A DNA stretch of 64,000 nt from Eubacteriales bacterium (GCA_045632405.1 JAZQWO010000013.1:6085-70084), one strand, 5' to 3'. Positions 1 to 10,817 are shown, counted from the first letter of the stretch. Made by a program: numbers and translations. The notes: a model not told the origin generated them from the letters alone.

Positions 1-62
1 TTGCAAACCCTGCCGATCTTGTCGAGCTTGGCATTGCAATTGTCGCAGAAGAAAATGAATAA
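1..62 (+). CDS. 3' end of an unidentified CDS entering from upstream (...ANPADLVELGIAIVAEENE*)
   Basis: Frame 3 is open from the window edge to TAA at 60-62. A terminator hairpin follows 9 nt later. Confidence 0.35.
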   Translation, partial: ANPADLVELGIAIVAEENE

Positions 63-70
63 TACAAAAC

Positions 71-98
71 AACGGCACATTTCCTGTGCCGTTGTTTT
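71..98 (+). terminator. intrinsic terminator
   Basis: Stem aacggcaca/tgtgccgtt with a 5-nt loop, followed by gtttt. Confidence 0.7.
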
Positions 99-115
99 AA
101 AAATGAGGAGCATAT

Positions 116-478
116 ATGGCAACTGTTGCAGAAGCTCTTGAACGGCTTGGAAAATCCAAGTTCCGCTCATCCTTTTATTTAACTAAAAAGGAAAAGGAGT
201 ATGTTCTTGAAAAGGGGCTTGATACAATAAAATCACACGCGAAAGATTTTATTTCAAAGCGCTTGTCACCTGCGCATATACCAAACGACGGCTCACAAAC
301 ACCAACGAAGGGTCATCCCGTTTTCAAGGCGCAGCACGCCTGTGCCTGTTGCTGTCGAGGCTGCTTGAACAAGTGGTATAAGGTGCCGAAAAGCATAGCA
401 TTATCAAGGCTTCAAGAGGAAAAGATAGTAAATCTTTTGATGGCTTGGATTGAAAAGGAAATGGAGCAAAACAAATAA
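116..478 (+). CDS. DUF4186-family protein
   Basis: 120-aa ORF with a GAGGAG RBS at 105-110. Cys cluster HACACCCRGCLNKWY is as in DUF4186 proteins. Confidence 0.75.
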   Translation: MATVAEALERLGKSKFRSSFYLTKKEKEYVLEKGLDTIKSHAKDFISKRLSPAHIPNDGSQTPTKGHPVFKAQHACACCCRGCLNKWYKVPKSIALSRLQEEKIVNLLMAWIEKEMEQNK

Positions 479-525
479 ATGTAAATATTTACATTTGAAC
501 AGTTATTATATATGATAGGTGGAAC

Positions 526-774
526 ATGAACTATACTTATATTTTGGAGTGTGCTGACGGAACACTATATTGCGGTTGGACAAACGACCTTGAAAAACGT
601 CTAAAAACACATAACGATGGCAAGGGCGCAAAATACACACGCTCACGCCTTCCCGTTACCCTTGTGTACTATGAGGAGTTTGAAACTCCACGCGAAGCAC
701 AAAGCCGTGAAGCAAAAATCAAACGTCTGACAAGAGCGCAAAAGCTACTGCTGATTAAAAATCAACGTGCTTGA
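526..774 (+). CDS. GIY-YIG nuclease superfamily protein (UPF0213-type)
   Basis: 82 aa; [26 protein letters not shown]...GAKYT is the GIY-YIG motif layout. Confidence 0.85.
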   Translation: MNYTYILECADGTLYCGWTNDLEKRLKTHNDGKGAKYTRSRLPVTLVYYEEFETPREAQSREAKIKRLTRAQKLLLIKNQRA

Positions 775-901
775 CTTTCTTATGTATTTGCGATACAATA
801 TAATTGTAAACAAAGTGTAAACCTCGAAAAAAGTTGAAGGTTTTTTGCATTAATTGTTGTTTTTAACTATAGATAGAAAAAATATAAAAAGGAGAGAAAA
901 A

Positions 902-2941
902 ATGAAAAGATTACTTTTATTGCTTATTACTTTAAGCATGCTTGTGTGTGTTGCATTCCTTTTTAGCAGTTGCACTGATGGGCCTGTGGAAAAGCAATCT
1001 GTAACGGTCTATTTTAATACCCGTGGCGGTAATGTTGTTGAAGGGGAAACACAAGCTAAAATTGACAAAGGTGCAATCCTGCGTGATGATTTGTTCCCAG
1101 AGGTCGAGAGAAATGGCTACGAGTTGAGTTGCTGGGCGTACGATATGAATGGCGAGAACGTATGGTATTCAAGTGACAATTTTTTAGAGGATACTACACT
1201 GTATGCTATTTGGGAAAAATCTGATGATGTAGCTCCTGAAAGCTCCACTCCTGATTCTTCAAAGCCTGACGAAGAAAAGGAAATGATAAAGATTACATTT
1301 TCTGCAAAGAATGACGAAGGTGACGGAGAAATTCTTGTTTTAGCTGAGCTTGAAATTGAAAAGGGTACTCGTTTGAGTAAGGATATGCTACCTTTGATTA
1401 TGTGTGAAGGATACGATTTTGTATGCTGGGCATATGACTTTAATGGTGACGAGGTGTGGAACGCTACCGACATCTTTACTTCCGACACAACTCTTTACGC
1501 TATATTGACTCCTGCAAAGGAAATGGTTACAATTACCTTCAACCTACGTGGTGGGGACCTTGTAGACGGCTATGGAGCAATTCAAATTGAAAAGGGTACA
1601 GGAATAAACATAAATATGTTCCCTGAGGTTGAAAGGGAAGGTTACCGTCTTGTATGTTGGGCTTACGACCGAGAAGGAAAAAATCCGTGGGAAGAATCTG
1701 ACATATTCAACGAAAGCACCACACTTTATGCCGTTTGGGAATGTGAGCCTATAACCATTACCTTTGACCCTCTTGGCGGTAATGTTATAAGCGGAGATGT
1801 CCAAATAGAAATTCCCAAATTTAACAAATTTGATGAAAGCCAATTTCCTGTGGTTAAAAAACCGGGTTATGTGTTACTCTATTGGGCATATGATAAAGAC
1901 GGTGTGGAGAAATGGAATGGATCTTTAATCTATCATGAGGACACTGTGATTTATGCCATTTGGCAAGAATCCGTAACTATTATCTTTAATACAGGAATGG
2001 GATATTTTGAAAATTCAGAAGATTATGAGGCTGTTATTCCTAAGGGTAACAGACTTGAGAAGCTTCCAACTCCTGTAGCCGACGACCGCAGTTGGGTATT
2101 TGCAGGCTGGTATAAGGATGAGGCTTGCACGGAATTAGCTTCACTTTCAAACAAATATAGCCAAGATACAACTCTTTATGCAGGCTGGGAGAAAAATGAG
2201 CCATGCACAGACGACACTTATGGACATTTATTCGGCTCTTGGGAAGAAGAAAAGAGAGCGGATTGCACCAACGCAGGCGTTTATGCGCGATATTGCCTAT
2301 ATTGTCAGTACAAACAGACCAAAATATCAGAGCCTGCAAAGGGTCACCAGGTCACAAGCTGGCAGGAGCACTTTATGACAAAGGTGGGAGTTTGTACAAG
2401 AATTGGTTGCGGTGAGATAATAAAGGTAAGCTATAACAATGTTACAAGCGATGTCCTTGGCAACGATGCAGAGGCGCAGATAGAGGGTAACAATGATAAG
2501 TTCTTTTCACCAAGCTTTATAAATTTAGTTAACGGAAAATGGGATGACGGTGCAGGGGAATATGTATCTCCAAGGGGCAACGGAGCAGCCTATGTGCAGT
2601 TCAATCTCATATCTGCCACATCTTTAGACAGAATTTATTTCAAGGGTGAGAGCCTTACCTCAATTATTGTCTATGTACAATGCGAGGGAGATGAAGAATT
2701 TACCTTGGCAGGCATTTGCGGTAGCACAACTGACATTGATAACATCCCATATGTAGAGGCTGACTCAACAAAGAAAATAGTTTCTGTTCGTTTTGTTGAG
2801 GAAAATCCGTCAATCGGTGGCGCAAAATGGCAAGAAATTGCGTTTACTAAAGCCCTCGAGGAAGTGATTGAGGACAGCAACACAGGTGGCGCAGGCGGAG
2901 AGAACGAAACAGGCGGAGTATCCCTCTGGAATATCAATTAA
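902..2941 (+). CDS. surface lipoprotein with five Listeria-Bacteroides-type repeats, a His/Cys module and a C-terminal discoidin (F5/8 type C)-like domain
   Basis: ATG at 902 after a GGAGAG RBS. Signal peptide with lipobox LFSSC. Five copies of GY.L.CWAYD....W......F..DTTLYA.W. The C-terminus resembles a discoidin domain. Confidence 0.8.
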   Translation: MKRLLLLLITLSMLVCVAFLFSSCTDGPVEKQSVTVYFNTRGGNVVEGETQAKIDKGAILRDDLFPEVERNGYELSCWAYDMNGENVWYSSDNFLEDTTLYAIWEKSDDVAPESSTPDSSKPDEEKEMIKITFSAKNDEGDGEILVLAELEIEKGTRLSKDMLPLIMCEGYDFVCWAYDFNGDEVWNATDIFTSDTTLYAILTPAKEMVTITFNLRGGDLVDGYGAIQIEKGTGININMFPEVEREGYRLVCWAYDREGKNPWEESDIFNESTTLYAVWECEPITITFDPLGGNVISGDVQIEIPKFNKFDESQFPVVKKPGYVLLYWAYDKDGVEKWNGSLIYHEDTVIYAIWQESVTIIFNTGMGYFENSEDYEAVIPKGNRLEKLPTPVADDRSWVFAGWYKDEACTELASLSNKYSQDTTLYAGWEKNEPCTDDTYGHLFGSWEEEKRADCTNAGVYARYCLYCQYKQTKISEPAKGHQVTSWQEHFMTKVGVCTRIGCGEIIKVSYNNVTSDVLGNDAEAQIEGNNDKFFSPSFINLVNGKWDDGAGEYVSPRGNGAAYVQFNLISATSLDRIYFKGESLTSIIVYVQCEGDEEFTLAGICGSTTDIDNIPYVEADSTKKIVSVRFVEENPSIGGAKWQEIAFTKALEEVIEDSNTGGAGGENETGGVSLWNIN

Positions 2942-2948
2942 ATAAAAT

Positions 2949-2977
2949 AAAGCCTTCTCACTGAGAAGGCTTTATTT
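2949..2977 (+). terminator. intrinsic terminator
   Basis: Stem gccttctc/gagaaggc followed by tttattt. Confidence 0.75.
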
Positions 2978-2983
2978 AACGAT

Positions 2984-3014
2984 AAAAAAGCCGCCGAGCG
3001 AGCCTGCTCGGCGG
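2984..3014 (-). terminator. intrinsic terminator of the ABC exporter gene
   Basis: Stem ccgccgagc/gctcggcgg with a T6 run on the minus strand. Confidence 0.8.
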
Positions 3015-3020
3015 TGAATT

Positions 3021-4775
3021 TTATTCCTGGGAATAAAGCTTATAAAGCTCTGCGTAAATGCCGCCCTTTTCTATAAGCTCTTGGTGTGTGCCGCTTTCCT
3101 CAATACCGTTTTCCGTAAGCACCAAAATGCGGTCTGCGTTTTTGATGGTGGTTAAGCGGTGGGCAATTGTAAAGGTGGTTCGCCCTTGTGCCAGCTTTTC
3201 AAGAGATTTTTGCACAATGCGCTCACTCTCGTTGTCGAGGGCGCTTGTTGCCTCATCAAGAATAAGAATTGGCGGATTTTTAAGGAACACGCGAGCGATT
3301 GAAATTCTTTGCTTTTGTCCGCCTGAGAGCTTGACTCCGCGCTCGCCCACATAAGTGTCGTAGCCATTTGGCAAGGACATAATAAAGTCGTGTGCGCCTG
3401 CCATTTTAGCACTTTCAATAATTTCTTCGTCAGTTGCGTCCTTTTTGCCGTATGCAATATTTTCACGCACGCTGCCGGAGAAAAGATAAACCTCTTGGGC
3501 AACAACGCCAATGCTTTGACGAAGGGAATGCAGAGTGATGTCCTTGATGCTTATTCCGTCAACGGTGATGTCACCGCTTGAAATATCGTAAAATCTTGGA
3601 ATGAGGGAGCAAAGGGTAGTTTTTCCGCCGCCTGAAGGACCTACAAGAGCTATGCTTTCGCCCTTGTTAACCTTTAGGCTAAGGTTGGTCAAAACCTCTT
3701 TCTTTTCACTTTCATAGCTAAAGGAAACATTTTTAAACTCAATCTCACCGCTTACGTTTTCAATGTCACGTGCATTTTCACTGTCCTTGATTTCAGGCTC
3801 AATTTCCATAATCTCGGAAAAACGGTCAATGCCTGTAATACCGCGCTGGAACTGCTCGGAAAATTCAACAAGCTTGCGGATTGATGTTATAAGCGTTGTT
3901 ACAAATAAAAGGTAGGCAATATAGTCGGGGGCGGAAATTTTGTCATAAACCAGGAAAAGACCGCCTGCTACTACCACAACGATGTACATAAGACCGTCAA
4001 ACAAACGGGTGGTTGATTGAAATGCACCCATAACGTAGTACGCCTTGGATTTTATCTTTAAGAATTTTTTGTTGCCGCCCTCAAATTTTTCCGCCTCTAA
4101 ATCCTCATTGGCAAAGGATTTAACAACACGAATTCCCAAAAGATTATCTTCAATTTGAGCGTTCAATTCACCTGTGTGCTGCCTTGACTCGTTAAATGCG
4201 TTTTTCATTCTTTTTCTGAAAAATGCAAGGGTAACAATAATCAAAGGAATAGATGCAAATATAATTAATGTAAGAGGCAAATTCATTGTGGAAAGAATAA
4301 TGAAGGAGCAAACTATCTTAATGCCTGAAATAAAAAATTCCTCAGGACAGTGGTGAGCAAACTCGGTAACATCAAAAAGGTCGGTTGTGATACGCGACAT
4401 AAGTGTGCCGATTTTTGTGTTATCATAGTAGGAAAATGATAGCTTTTGCAAGTGGCCAAAAAGGTCACGGCGCATATCTGTTTCAATTTTTGCACCCATG
4501 ATATGACCCACAGACGCCATATAAAAGTTGGCAACAGTGTCGATAATCCGCAAGGAAATGTACAAAAGACCACATTTTATAATCAGCTCTGCCGTCAAAG
4601 CCAAGGCATCATCAGTTGCAGCCTCGGTAATCTTGCGCACAATCATAGGGAGCGCCAGCTCGCAAAGGGTGGTAAGAGAAGCACAAAAGAGGTCAAGAAA
4701 CAAAATCCACTTGTATTTTTTATAGTATGGCAGGAATTTTTTGATAAGTCCCGCACTGCCTGTTTTCTTTCCCAT
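3021..4775 (-). CDS. ABC exporter, fused permease/ATPase (MsbA/multidrug-type)
   Basis: N-terminal six-helix TMD. Walker A GPSGGGKTT, signature LSGGQKQR, Walker B ILILDEATSALD. Start moved to ATG 4775 behind a GGAGGT RBS. Confidence 0.9.
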   Translation of the reverse strand: MGKKTGSAGLIKKFLPYYKKYKWILFLDLFCASLTTLCELALPMIVRKITEAATDDALALTAELIIKCGLLYISLRIIDTVANFYMASVGHIMGAKIETDMRRDLFGHLQKLSFSYYDNTKIGTLMSRITTDLFDVTEFAHHCPEEFFISGIKIVCSFIILSTMNLPLTLIIFASIPLIIVTLAFFRKRMKNAFNESRQHTGELNAQIEDNLLGIRVVKSFANEDLEAEKFEGGNKKFLKIKSKAYYVMGAFQSTTRLFDGLMYIVVVVAGGLFLVYDKISAPDYIAYLLFVTTLITSIRKLVEFSEQFQRGITGIDRFSEIMEIEPEIKDSENARDIENVSGEIEFKNVSFSYESEKKEVLTNLSLKVNKGESIALVGPSGGGKTTLCSLIPRFYDISSGDITVDGISIKDITLHSLRQSIGVVAQEVYLFSGSVRENIAYGKKDATDEEIIESAKMAGAHDFIMSLPNGYDTYVGERGVKLSGGQKQRISIARVFLKNPPILILDEATSALDNESERIVQKSLEKLAQGRTTFTIAHRLTTIKNADRILVLTENGIEESGTHQELIEKGGIYAELYKLYSQE

Positions 4776-4803
4776 AAAATTACCTCCTTTTGTAATATTC
4801 AAT

Positions 4804-4832
4804 ATTCTACCACAGTTTTGAAATTGTGTCAA
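4804..4832 (-). promoter_or_regulatory. sigma-A-type promoter for the ABC exporter
   Basis: Minus strand reads TTGACA (4827-4832), 17 nt spacer, TAGAAT (4804-4809). Confidence 0.6.
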
Positions 4833-4833
4833 C

Positions 4834-4858
4834 AAAAAGGGAGCAGAAATCTGCTCCC
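4834..4858 (-). terminator. intrinsic terminator of rubrerythrin
   Basis: Stem gggagcag/ctgctccc with a T5 run on the minus strand. Confidence 0.75.
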
Positions 4859-4864
4859 TAAATA

Positions 4865-5401
4865 TTAATAATTATCAGCCTTGATTTCAAAGTAAGCCTG
4901 TGGGTGTGCACAAACAGGGCAAACCTCAGGAGCCTTTTTACCAACAACGATGTGACCGCAGTTGGAGCATTGCCAAATCATTTCCTCGTCACGGGAGAAA
5001 ACAAGACCGCCTTCAATGTTTTCAAGAAGCTTCTTGTATCTTTCCTCGTGCTCCTTTTCAATCTTTGCTACCTCTTCAAAAAGGTAAGCGATGTGGTTAA
5101 AGCCCTCCTCGCGAGCCTCACGAGCAAATGTTGGGTACATTTCTGTCCATTCGTAGTTTTCACCTGCAGCTGCGTCAGCAAGGTTGTCAGCAGTTGCGCC
5201 AATGCCGTCTTTCAAGAGCTTGAACCAAATCTTTGCGTGCTCCTTTTCGTTAGCGGCAGTTTCCTCAAAAAGCTTAGCGATTTGTACATAACCGTCTTTT
5301 TTAGCCTTGGATGCATAATAAGTGTACTTGTTTCTTGCTTCGCTCTCGCCTGAGAAAGCAGCCATTAAGTTTTTTTCTGTCTTTGAACCCTTTAATTCCA
5401 T
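4865..5401 (-). CDS. rbr: rubrerythrin
   Basis: Ferritin-like EX2H di-iron motifs ([17 protein letters not shown]) plus a C-terminal rubredoxin CSNCG...CPVC. Confidence 0.9.
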   Translation of the reverse strand: MELKGSKTEKNLMAAFSGESEARNKYTYYASKAKKDGYVQIAKLFEETAANEKEHAKIWFKLLKDGIGATADNLADAAAGENYEWTEMYPTFAREAREEGFNHIAYLFEEVAKIEKEHEERYKKLLENIEGGLVFSRDEEMIWQCSNCGHIVVGKKAPEVCPVCAHPQAYFEIKADNY

Positions 5402-5593
5402 ATTGTGTTCTCCTTTATATTTTTTTCGACATAGAGTCGAGTATTTTTTGAAAATTATGCTATATAAAATAATAATTCCTTACTTAATATTACCAAATTA
5501 TTCTAAAAAATTCAATACTTTTTAAAATAATATTGTAATTTATTGGCGCGTGTGATAAAATGACCTTGATTTTTAAGCTATGAGGAGTAGAGC

Positions 5594-6457
5594 ATGAAGC
5601 TTTCAGATATAAATATTAGAGATCCATTCATTCTCCCCTTTGAGGGTAAATACTATATGTACGGCACTCGCGCCATTCATACCTGGACACAGGAAATCAA
5701 GGACGGCTATGGCTTTGATGTATATGAAAGCGATGATTTGGAAAATTGGACAGGACCAAAAAGTATTTTTGAAAATGCTGATAGCTTTTGGGGAGATTTT
5801 CAATTCTGGGCGCCTGAGGTGCATTTTTACAAGGGAAGATTTTATCTTGCCGCCACCTTTTCGGACAAAGAGTATCATAGAGGAACAGCTGTACTTTCCT
5901 GCGATACACCAAACGGAAATTTCAAGGAGCATAGCCATGGTGCGCTGACCCCTTGGGAGTGGTCAAGCCTTGACGGAACATTGTATGTGGAAGACGGTAT
6001 TCCTTATATGGTTTTTTGCCACGAGTGGACGCAGATAAAGGATGGCGAGGTTTGTGCGGTGCAATTAAGTGAGGATTTGCGAAATCCCGTGGGTGAGCCC
6101 TTTACGCTTTTCAAGGCATCGGATGCCAAGCCTTGGGTTCTGCCTGTTGAGCAGGATTGCTATGTAACGGACGGACCATTTATGATGACCGTTGACGGCG
6201 AGCTTATTTGCCTTTGGTCAAGCTTTGGCGCGGGCGGATATGTTGAGGCTATTGCCAAAAGCGAAAACAGAAAAATAAAGGGCAAATGGACAATAGACGA
6301 AAAGCTATTGTTTTCGGAAAACGGCGGACACGGAATGGTGTTTGAGGATTTTGGAGGTGGCTTGAATTTTGTTTGCCACACACCAAATGAAACACCAAAC
6401 GAGCGCCCCTGTGTCGTTAAAATTAACAAAGAAATGCTGAAAGGCAGCGTAATATAA
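5594..6457 (+). CDS. glycoside hydrolase family 43 (arabinofuranosidase/xylosidase-like)
   Basis: IRDPFILPFEGKYYMYGT...WAPEVHFYKGRFYL...TDGPFM is a typical GH43 five-bladed propeller motif set. Confidence 0.75.
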   Translation: MKLSDINIRDPFILPFEGKYYMYGTRAIHTWTQEIKDGYGFDVYESDDLENWTGPKSIFENADSFWGDFQFWAPEVHFYKGRFYLAATFSDKEYHRGTAVLSCDTPNGNFKEHSHGALTPWEWSSLDGTLYVEDGIPYMVFCHEWTQIKDGEVCAVQLSEDLRNPVGEPFTLFKASDAKPWVLPVEQDCYVTDGPFMMTVDGELICLWSSFGAGGYVEAIAKSENRKIKGKWTIDEKLLFSENGGHGMVFEDFGGGLNFVCHTPNETPNERPCVVKINKEMLKGSVI

Positions 6458-6458
6458 G

Positions 6459-7730
6459 ATGGACGAGAAAATCAAAGACCCATATAAATCGAGCCGAGTC
6501 CTCTATATAATTGAGGCGGCGCTTGAATATTTTGTATCAATAGGTGTTAGCTCCTATTACTTAGCACTTATTGCATCAAAAATCGGCATTCCCGATAACA
6601 TTACAGGAATTTTAACATCATTTGTTTCCCTTGGATGCGGATTTCAAATATTGGCACTGTTTTTGGCGCATAAAAGGTCTGTTAAGCGCTGGGTTACTGT
6701 GTTTCACGTAATCAGTCAGCTTTTGTTTTCCTTTATGTATTTTGTTCCGCTTCTCCCAATTCCCAAGGGCGGACAAATGGCAATTCTAATCGGTGCGCTT
6801 TTACTTGCGCAAATACTTCACAATGCAATCAACTCACCAAAGATAAATTGGTTTATGTCCTTGGTGGATGAGCATAAAAGAGGCCGCTTTACAGCTAACA
6901 AGGAAATTGTTTCCTTGCTTGGTGGTATGGTGTTCTCATTCACTCTCGGTCAGGTTATGGATGGCTTTTCAGAAAGTGGAAAAATAAACACGGGGTTCGT
7001 TGTTTGTGGCGTTTTGCTCCTGTTTTTGACCGCTTTGCATACGCTCACACTGGTTCTTTCAAAGGAAAAGCCTAAGGAGGAAAGTCGTCGCTTCAGCTTT
7101 GGCGAGGTTTTCTCTCTTTTCAAAAACAAAACGATTTTAAAGGTTATCGGTGTTTTTGTTCTTTGGAATATTGCAAACTATATCTCAATGTCATACATGG
7201 GCACTTACCAAAACAACGAGCTTGGCTTTGATGCCGTTTTTGCTTCAATTATTACAATTGTGGGCAGCTCTGTGCGTGCCTTGGTGTCACGACCTATTGG
7301 CAGATTTGCAGACAAGTTTTCCTTCTGCAAAATGCTGTACATTTGCTTTGGAATGGAAGCACTGGCATTTTTGACCGCTGCCTTTATCACTCCTGCAAAT
7401 GGCAAGGTTATGTACATTGTATTTTATGTTCTTTACTGTATTGGATGCGCGGGAATCAATAGCGCGATTATCAATTTGATCTACGATTATGTGGGAACGT
7501 ATGAGCGCATAGGCGCGCTAGCGCTTGTGAATACCGCATCGGGCTTTGCAGGATTTTTGTCAACACTGGCAGTTAGCCCATTGGTTGAGTATATACAAGG
7601 AAACAACAATAAAATCTTCGGTGTGAGCATGTATGCTCAGCAGCTTTTGCCGCTTTTCTCCCTTGTGGTTGTGGGAGTGATACTTTTATATTTAGTGCTT
7701 GTTATCAGCAGACTGAAAAAGCACGAGTAA
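6459..7730 (+). CDS. MFS-type transporter (glycoside/cation symporter-like)
   Basis: 423 aa with about 12 hydrophobic helices. Starts 1 nt after the GH43 stop. Confidence 0.65.
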   Translation: MDEKIKDPYKSSRVLYIIEAALEYFVSIGVSSYYLALIASKIGIPDNITGILTSFVSLGCGFQILALFLAHKRSVKRWVTVFHVISQLLFSFMYFVPLLPIPKGGQMAILIGALLLAQILHNAINSPKINWFMSLVDEHKRGRFTANKEIVSLLGGMVFSFTLGQVMDGFSESGKINTGFVVCGVLLLFLTALHTLTLVLSKEKPKEESRRFSFGEVFSLFKNKTILKVIGVFVLWNIANYISMSYMGTYQNNELGFDAVFASIITIVGSSVRALVSRPIGRFADKFSFCKMLYICFGMEALAFLTAAFITPANGKVMYIVFYVLYCIGCAGINSAIINLIYDYVGTYERIGALALVNTASGFAGFLSTLAVSPLVEYIQGNNNKIFGVSMYAQQLLPLFSLVVVGVILLYLVLVISRLKKHE

Positions 7731-7748
7731 CTTGAAAGGAGGCCTACC

Positions 7749-8657
7749 TTGACTGTCTATAATTTGAAAACAATGCAGATTTGCAAAATAGAGGGAAAGA
7801 CCGTTGTTGCCCTTGGTACCTTTGACGGCTGTCACATAGGTCACGCCTCTGTTTTGAGAAATGCATTTTACAAGGCTAAGGAATTGGGCATAAAATCCGT
7901 GGCTTACACCTTTGATGCATCCTTTGACAAGGGTCAGGAATTGATATGCACCCTTGACGAGAAAATCAAAGCAATTGCTAAATTCGATATTGACTATGTG
8001 GCGATTGAAAGCTTTGAAAACGTAAGAGAGCTCAGCGGAGAAGCATTTGTAAATCGCATATTGATAGGTGAGCTTGAAGCCGCATTTGCCACCTGCGGAT
8101 TTAACTATCGCTTTGGAAGAGGTGCTTCCTGTGATGCACAGGATTTGACCAAGTTTATGGAAAATGTCGGGGGGAGTGTGCAAATTTCCCAAAAAATCGA
8201 GTGCGATGGTGTGGCTGTTAGCTCAACAAATATAAGGCGGAAAATCAAAAACGGTGAGGTTGAGGAAATTCTTGGTTATATGCGCCCATATTCCGTATAT
8301 GCTCCTGTGCAAAGGGGCAAGGGAATGGGAAAGGGCCTTGGCTTTGCTACCATCAATCAGCAAATACCAAAGGGCAAGGTGGTGCCTGCCACAGGCGTTT
8401 ACATTACCGAGTGCGAAATTGGTGAGGATGTCTATGCATCTGTTACAAATGTGGGATATCGCCCTACAACTGATGGTGAAAACTCTCTTTTAAATATGGA
8501 AACCCATATAATGGGCTATACGGGGGATTTGTACCTTTCCACCGTGAGAGTGAACTTTTATAAGCGCTTGCGCGATGAAAGGCGATTTAACAGTGTTTCC
8601 GAGCTTGTGGCACAGGTGGAAAAGGACAAGCAAGAAGCTATCAGTTACTTTAAATAA
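7749..8657 (+). CDS. ribF: bifunctional riboflavin kinase / FMN adenylyltransferase
   Basis: ALGTFDGCHIGHASV nucleotidyltransferase motif and a C-terminal riboflavin kinase region (PATGVY...GYRPT...ETHI). TTG start 6 nt after AGGAGG. Confidence 0.85.
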   Translation: MTVYNLKTMQICKIEGKTVVALGTFDGCHIGHASVLRNAFYKAKELGIKSVAYTFDASFDKGQELICTLDEKIKAIAKFDIDYVAIESFENVRELSGEAFVNRILIGELEAAFATCGFNYRFGRGASCDAQDLTKFMENVGGSVQISQKIECDGVAVSSTNIRRKIKNGEVEEILGYMRPYSVYAPVQRGKGMGKGLGFATINQQIPKGKVVPATGVYITECEIGEDVYASVTNVGYRPTTDGENSLLNMETHIMGYTGDLYLSTVRVNFYKRLRDERRFNSVSELVAQVEKDKQEAISYFK

Positions 8658-8661
8658 ATGG

Positions 8662-8736
8662 AAAAGACCCATCTGAAGCGACACACGCCCCACGGGGTCA
8701 GCGCGTGTCAAATCAAAGGGGTCTTTACTTTTATTT
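8662..8736 (+). terminator. compound terminator hairpin
   Basis: Outer stem aaagaccc/gggtcttt encloses an inner hairpin and is followed by acttttatttt. Confidence 0.55.
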
Positions 8737-8864
8737 TATGCTCGATTTTATACATTTTATACAAATATTATAATTTAATAAGAAATTTACAAAAAATACT
8801 TGTTTTTGACCGCCTTTTATGTTAAAATACACAATAGAGAAAATTATTGTACAAGGAGTACGTG

Positions 8865-10724
8865 ATGAAAAAATTATTTTTGAGAAGAATTTTGCCAATC
8901 GCTTTGTGCTTGCTTATGGTTCTTCCCGTTTTGTCTCTCAACGTGTTTGCGGCTAACGAGAGCTTGAACGGTATACCGGGCGACAAGAGCATTGTTGGTA
9001 CAGAGAGAAAGAACTGGGCAACTGCCGGTCAGGGTTATCACTCCAGTGTTTGGAATAACGACAGACACTCTAAGTACCTCAACAACGGTTCATACAACCA
9101 TAGCTATCAGTGGTGGGAGCCATCTGACCCATCCCGTCCAAACGGTGCGGGTGTTGACCCAACAAAGCAGTACTTTGGCTTTACATTTGATGATGGTTAT
9201 TATCTTTTAGACGAAATCAGCATCTATGCACATTCCTTCGAAAAGGGCTTTAACAACATTAAGTACAGAGTAGAAGCGCTTATTCTTGGTGAATGGGTTG
9301 AGGTTGGTGTTGGTTATCAGGACGATGCTGTACCTACCTCATACGGTGACAGTATTGTAAAGCTTACCATTCCGCTCAAGCATCCAAAGGCTGCCGAGGG
9401 CGAGGATGTTAACACAAACAACTTGAGAATTTGGTGCTCCGAATACGGTGCATATGCTATTAGATACGGTGAATATGCGAACAAGCAGCCTACATCTCAC
9501 GACTGGTGGTACACACCTAAGGTTCAAGAGGTTGAAATCATGGGCTACACAGGTTACAGACCTTTGTTCGACGTTCCTATGAATGCTTACCTTGTTACAA
9601 ATGCTGCACTCAGCGGTATGATTGGTGCGGACTCCAGCTTGAACATGCGTTATCCTGGTCTTGCAGGCGATAACAAGTTCACAACTAACTGGAAGGCAAG
9701 AAATAAGGGTGCACAGAGCATTTGGGCTGAGTTTAACCAGGCTCACACAATTGACAATGTTGGCTTCAACATCGGTGGTTGTGAGGCTGCTGATGCAGGC
9801 TTGACACTCAAATACAATATTTACGTTTTGCTTGACGGTACTGTTGAGGACGGCACATGGCAGAAGGTTGTTTCCGATGCATCCGCTGTTACTGTTAAGG
9901 AAAATGCGGATTACATTATTCATGACCTTGATAAGCCAATGACCGTTAAGGGTATGAAGATAGAATTTACAAGCGTTACCGACTCTAAGGGCGCTGAAGG
10001 CAGAGCTGTTATGACAGAGCTTTGGGCTGAAATTTCCGACGGCGGCAAGTGCATTTTCTTGGCTGACTACATCACAACAGCTAAGAAGGTTTCCTCCGCT
10101 ACTGGTAACCTTGCTTGCTATGGCGCAGCTTATGCTTCCTCTAACTTCTCATACGCAGGTGTTTCCAAGATTAACTATATCATTGACGGTAATGTTAACT
10201 ACTCCGACCCATGCTGGATTGCAAATGACTACCTCATCAACACATACGTTGGTGTTACATTGAGAGAAACACACGATGTTACTAAGGTTGTTCTTTACTT
10301 CAACGATATTTTGGCTGAAGAGGGCGGACAGCACGTCTTCAAGTTTGACTTGCAGGCTAAGATAGACGGCGAGTTTGTTACAATTGTATCTGCTACATCT
10401 TACGATTCAGAGAAGAAGTCATATATCGTTTCCTTGGAGTTTGACGAAGCGGTTCGTACAGACGATATTCGTGTTGTTTACCGTTCAGATGCTCAAACAT
10501 TCCCATACTTGAAGGAAATTGAAGTATTTGAAGGTGACTTCTTGTACAGCTCATATGTTGGCTATACACTTGACTCCTCAAGAACAAAGGGCGGTCCTGT
10601 TGCTACAAATGAGTTTGGTGACAGAACAACTGCAAGACGTGGTAAGTACTTCGATAAGGAATCTCCACTTTCTTACTTCAACATTGCTCTTGAGCATAAT
10701 GTTGATATTGATTGGCTCGGCTAA
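8865..10724 (+). CDS. secreted protein with three discoidin (F5/8 type C)-like domains
   Basis: ATG 8865 after AAGGAG. Signal peptide ...LSLNVFA. Three about 170-aa units each end in ...EVEI.G / ELWAEI / EIEVFEG. Confidence 0.7.
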   Translation: MKKLFLRRILPIALCLLMVLPVLSLNVFAANESLNGIPGDKSIVGTERKNWATAGQGYHSSVWNNDRHSKYLNNGSYNHSYQWWEPSDPSRPNGAGVDPTKQYFGFTFDDGYYLLDEISIYAHSFEKGFNNIKYRVEALILGEWVEVGVGYQDDAVPTSYGDSIVKLTIPLKHPKAAEGEDVNTNNLRIWCSEYGAYAIRYGEYANKQPTSHDWWYTPKVQEVEIMGYTGYRPLFDVPMNAYLVTNAALSGMIGADSSLNMRYPGLAGDNKFTTNWKARNKGAQSIWAEFNQAHTIDNVGFNIGGCEAADAGLTLKYNIYVLLDGTVEDGTWQKVVSDASAVTVKENADYIIHDLDKPMTVKGMKIEFTSVTDSKGAEGRAVMTELWAEISDGGKCIFLADYITTAKKVSSATGNLACYGAAYASSNFSYAGVSKINYIIDGNVNYSDPCWIANDYLINTYVGVTLRETHDVTKVVLYFNDILAEEGGQHVFKFDLQAKIDGEFVTIVSATSYDSEKKSYIVSLEFDEAVRTDDIRVVYRSDAQTFPYLKEIEVFEGDFLYSSYVGYTLDSSRTKGGPVATNEFGDRTTARRGKYFDKESPLSYFNIALEHNVDIDWLG

Positions 10725-10774
10725 ATATTAAGACTGTCACATTAGGGCAGAATCAAAACCAAAAAAGCTTTTAA

Positions 10775-10817
10775 AATACAGATATACTGACAACGGTTGG
10801 TGTATCTGTATTTTTTG
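10775..10817 (+). terminator. intrinsic terminator
   Basis: Stem aatacagata/tatctgtatt followed by tttttt. Confidence 0.75.

Noticed and set aside
5402-5593. PerR/Fur box in the rubrerythrin promoter region
   Set aside because: AT-rich stretches such as tataaaataataatt only loosely resemble TTATAAT-N-ATTATAA. In DNA this AT-rich the match is not distinguishable from chance by eye.
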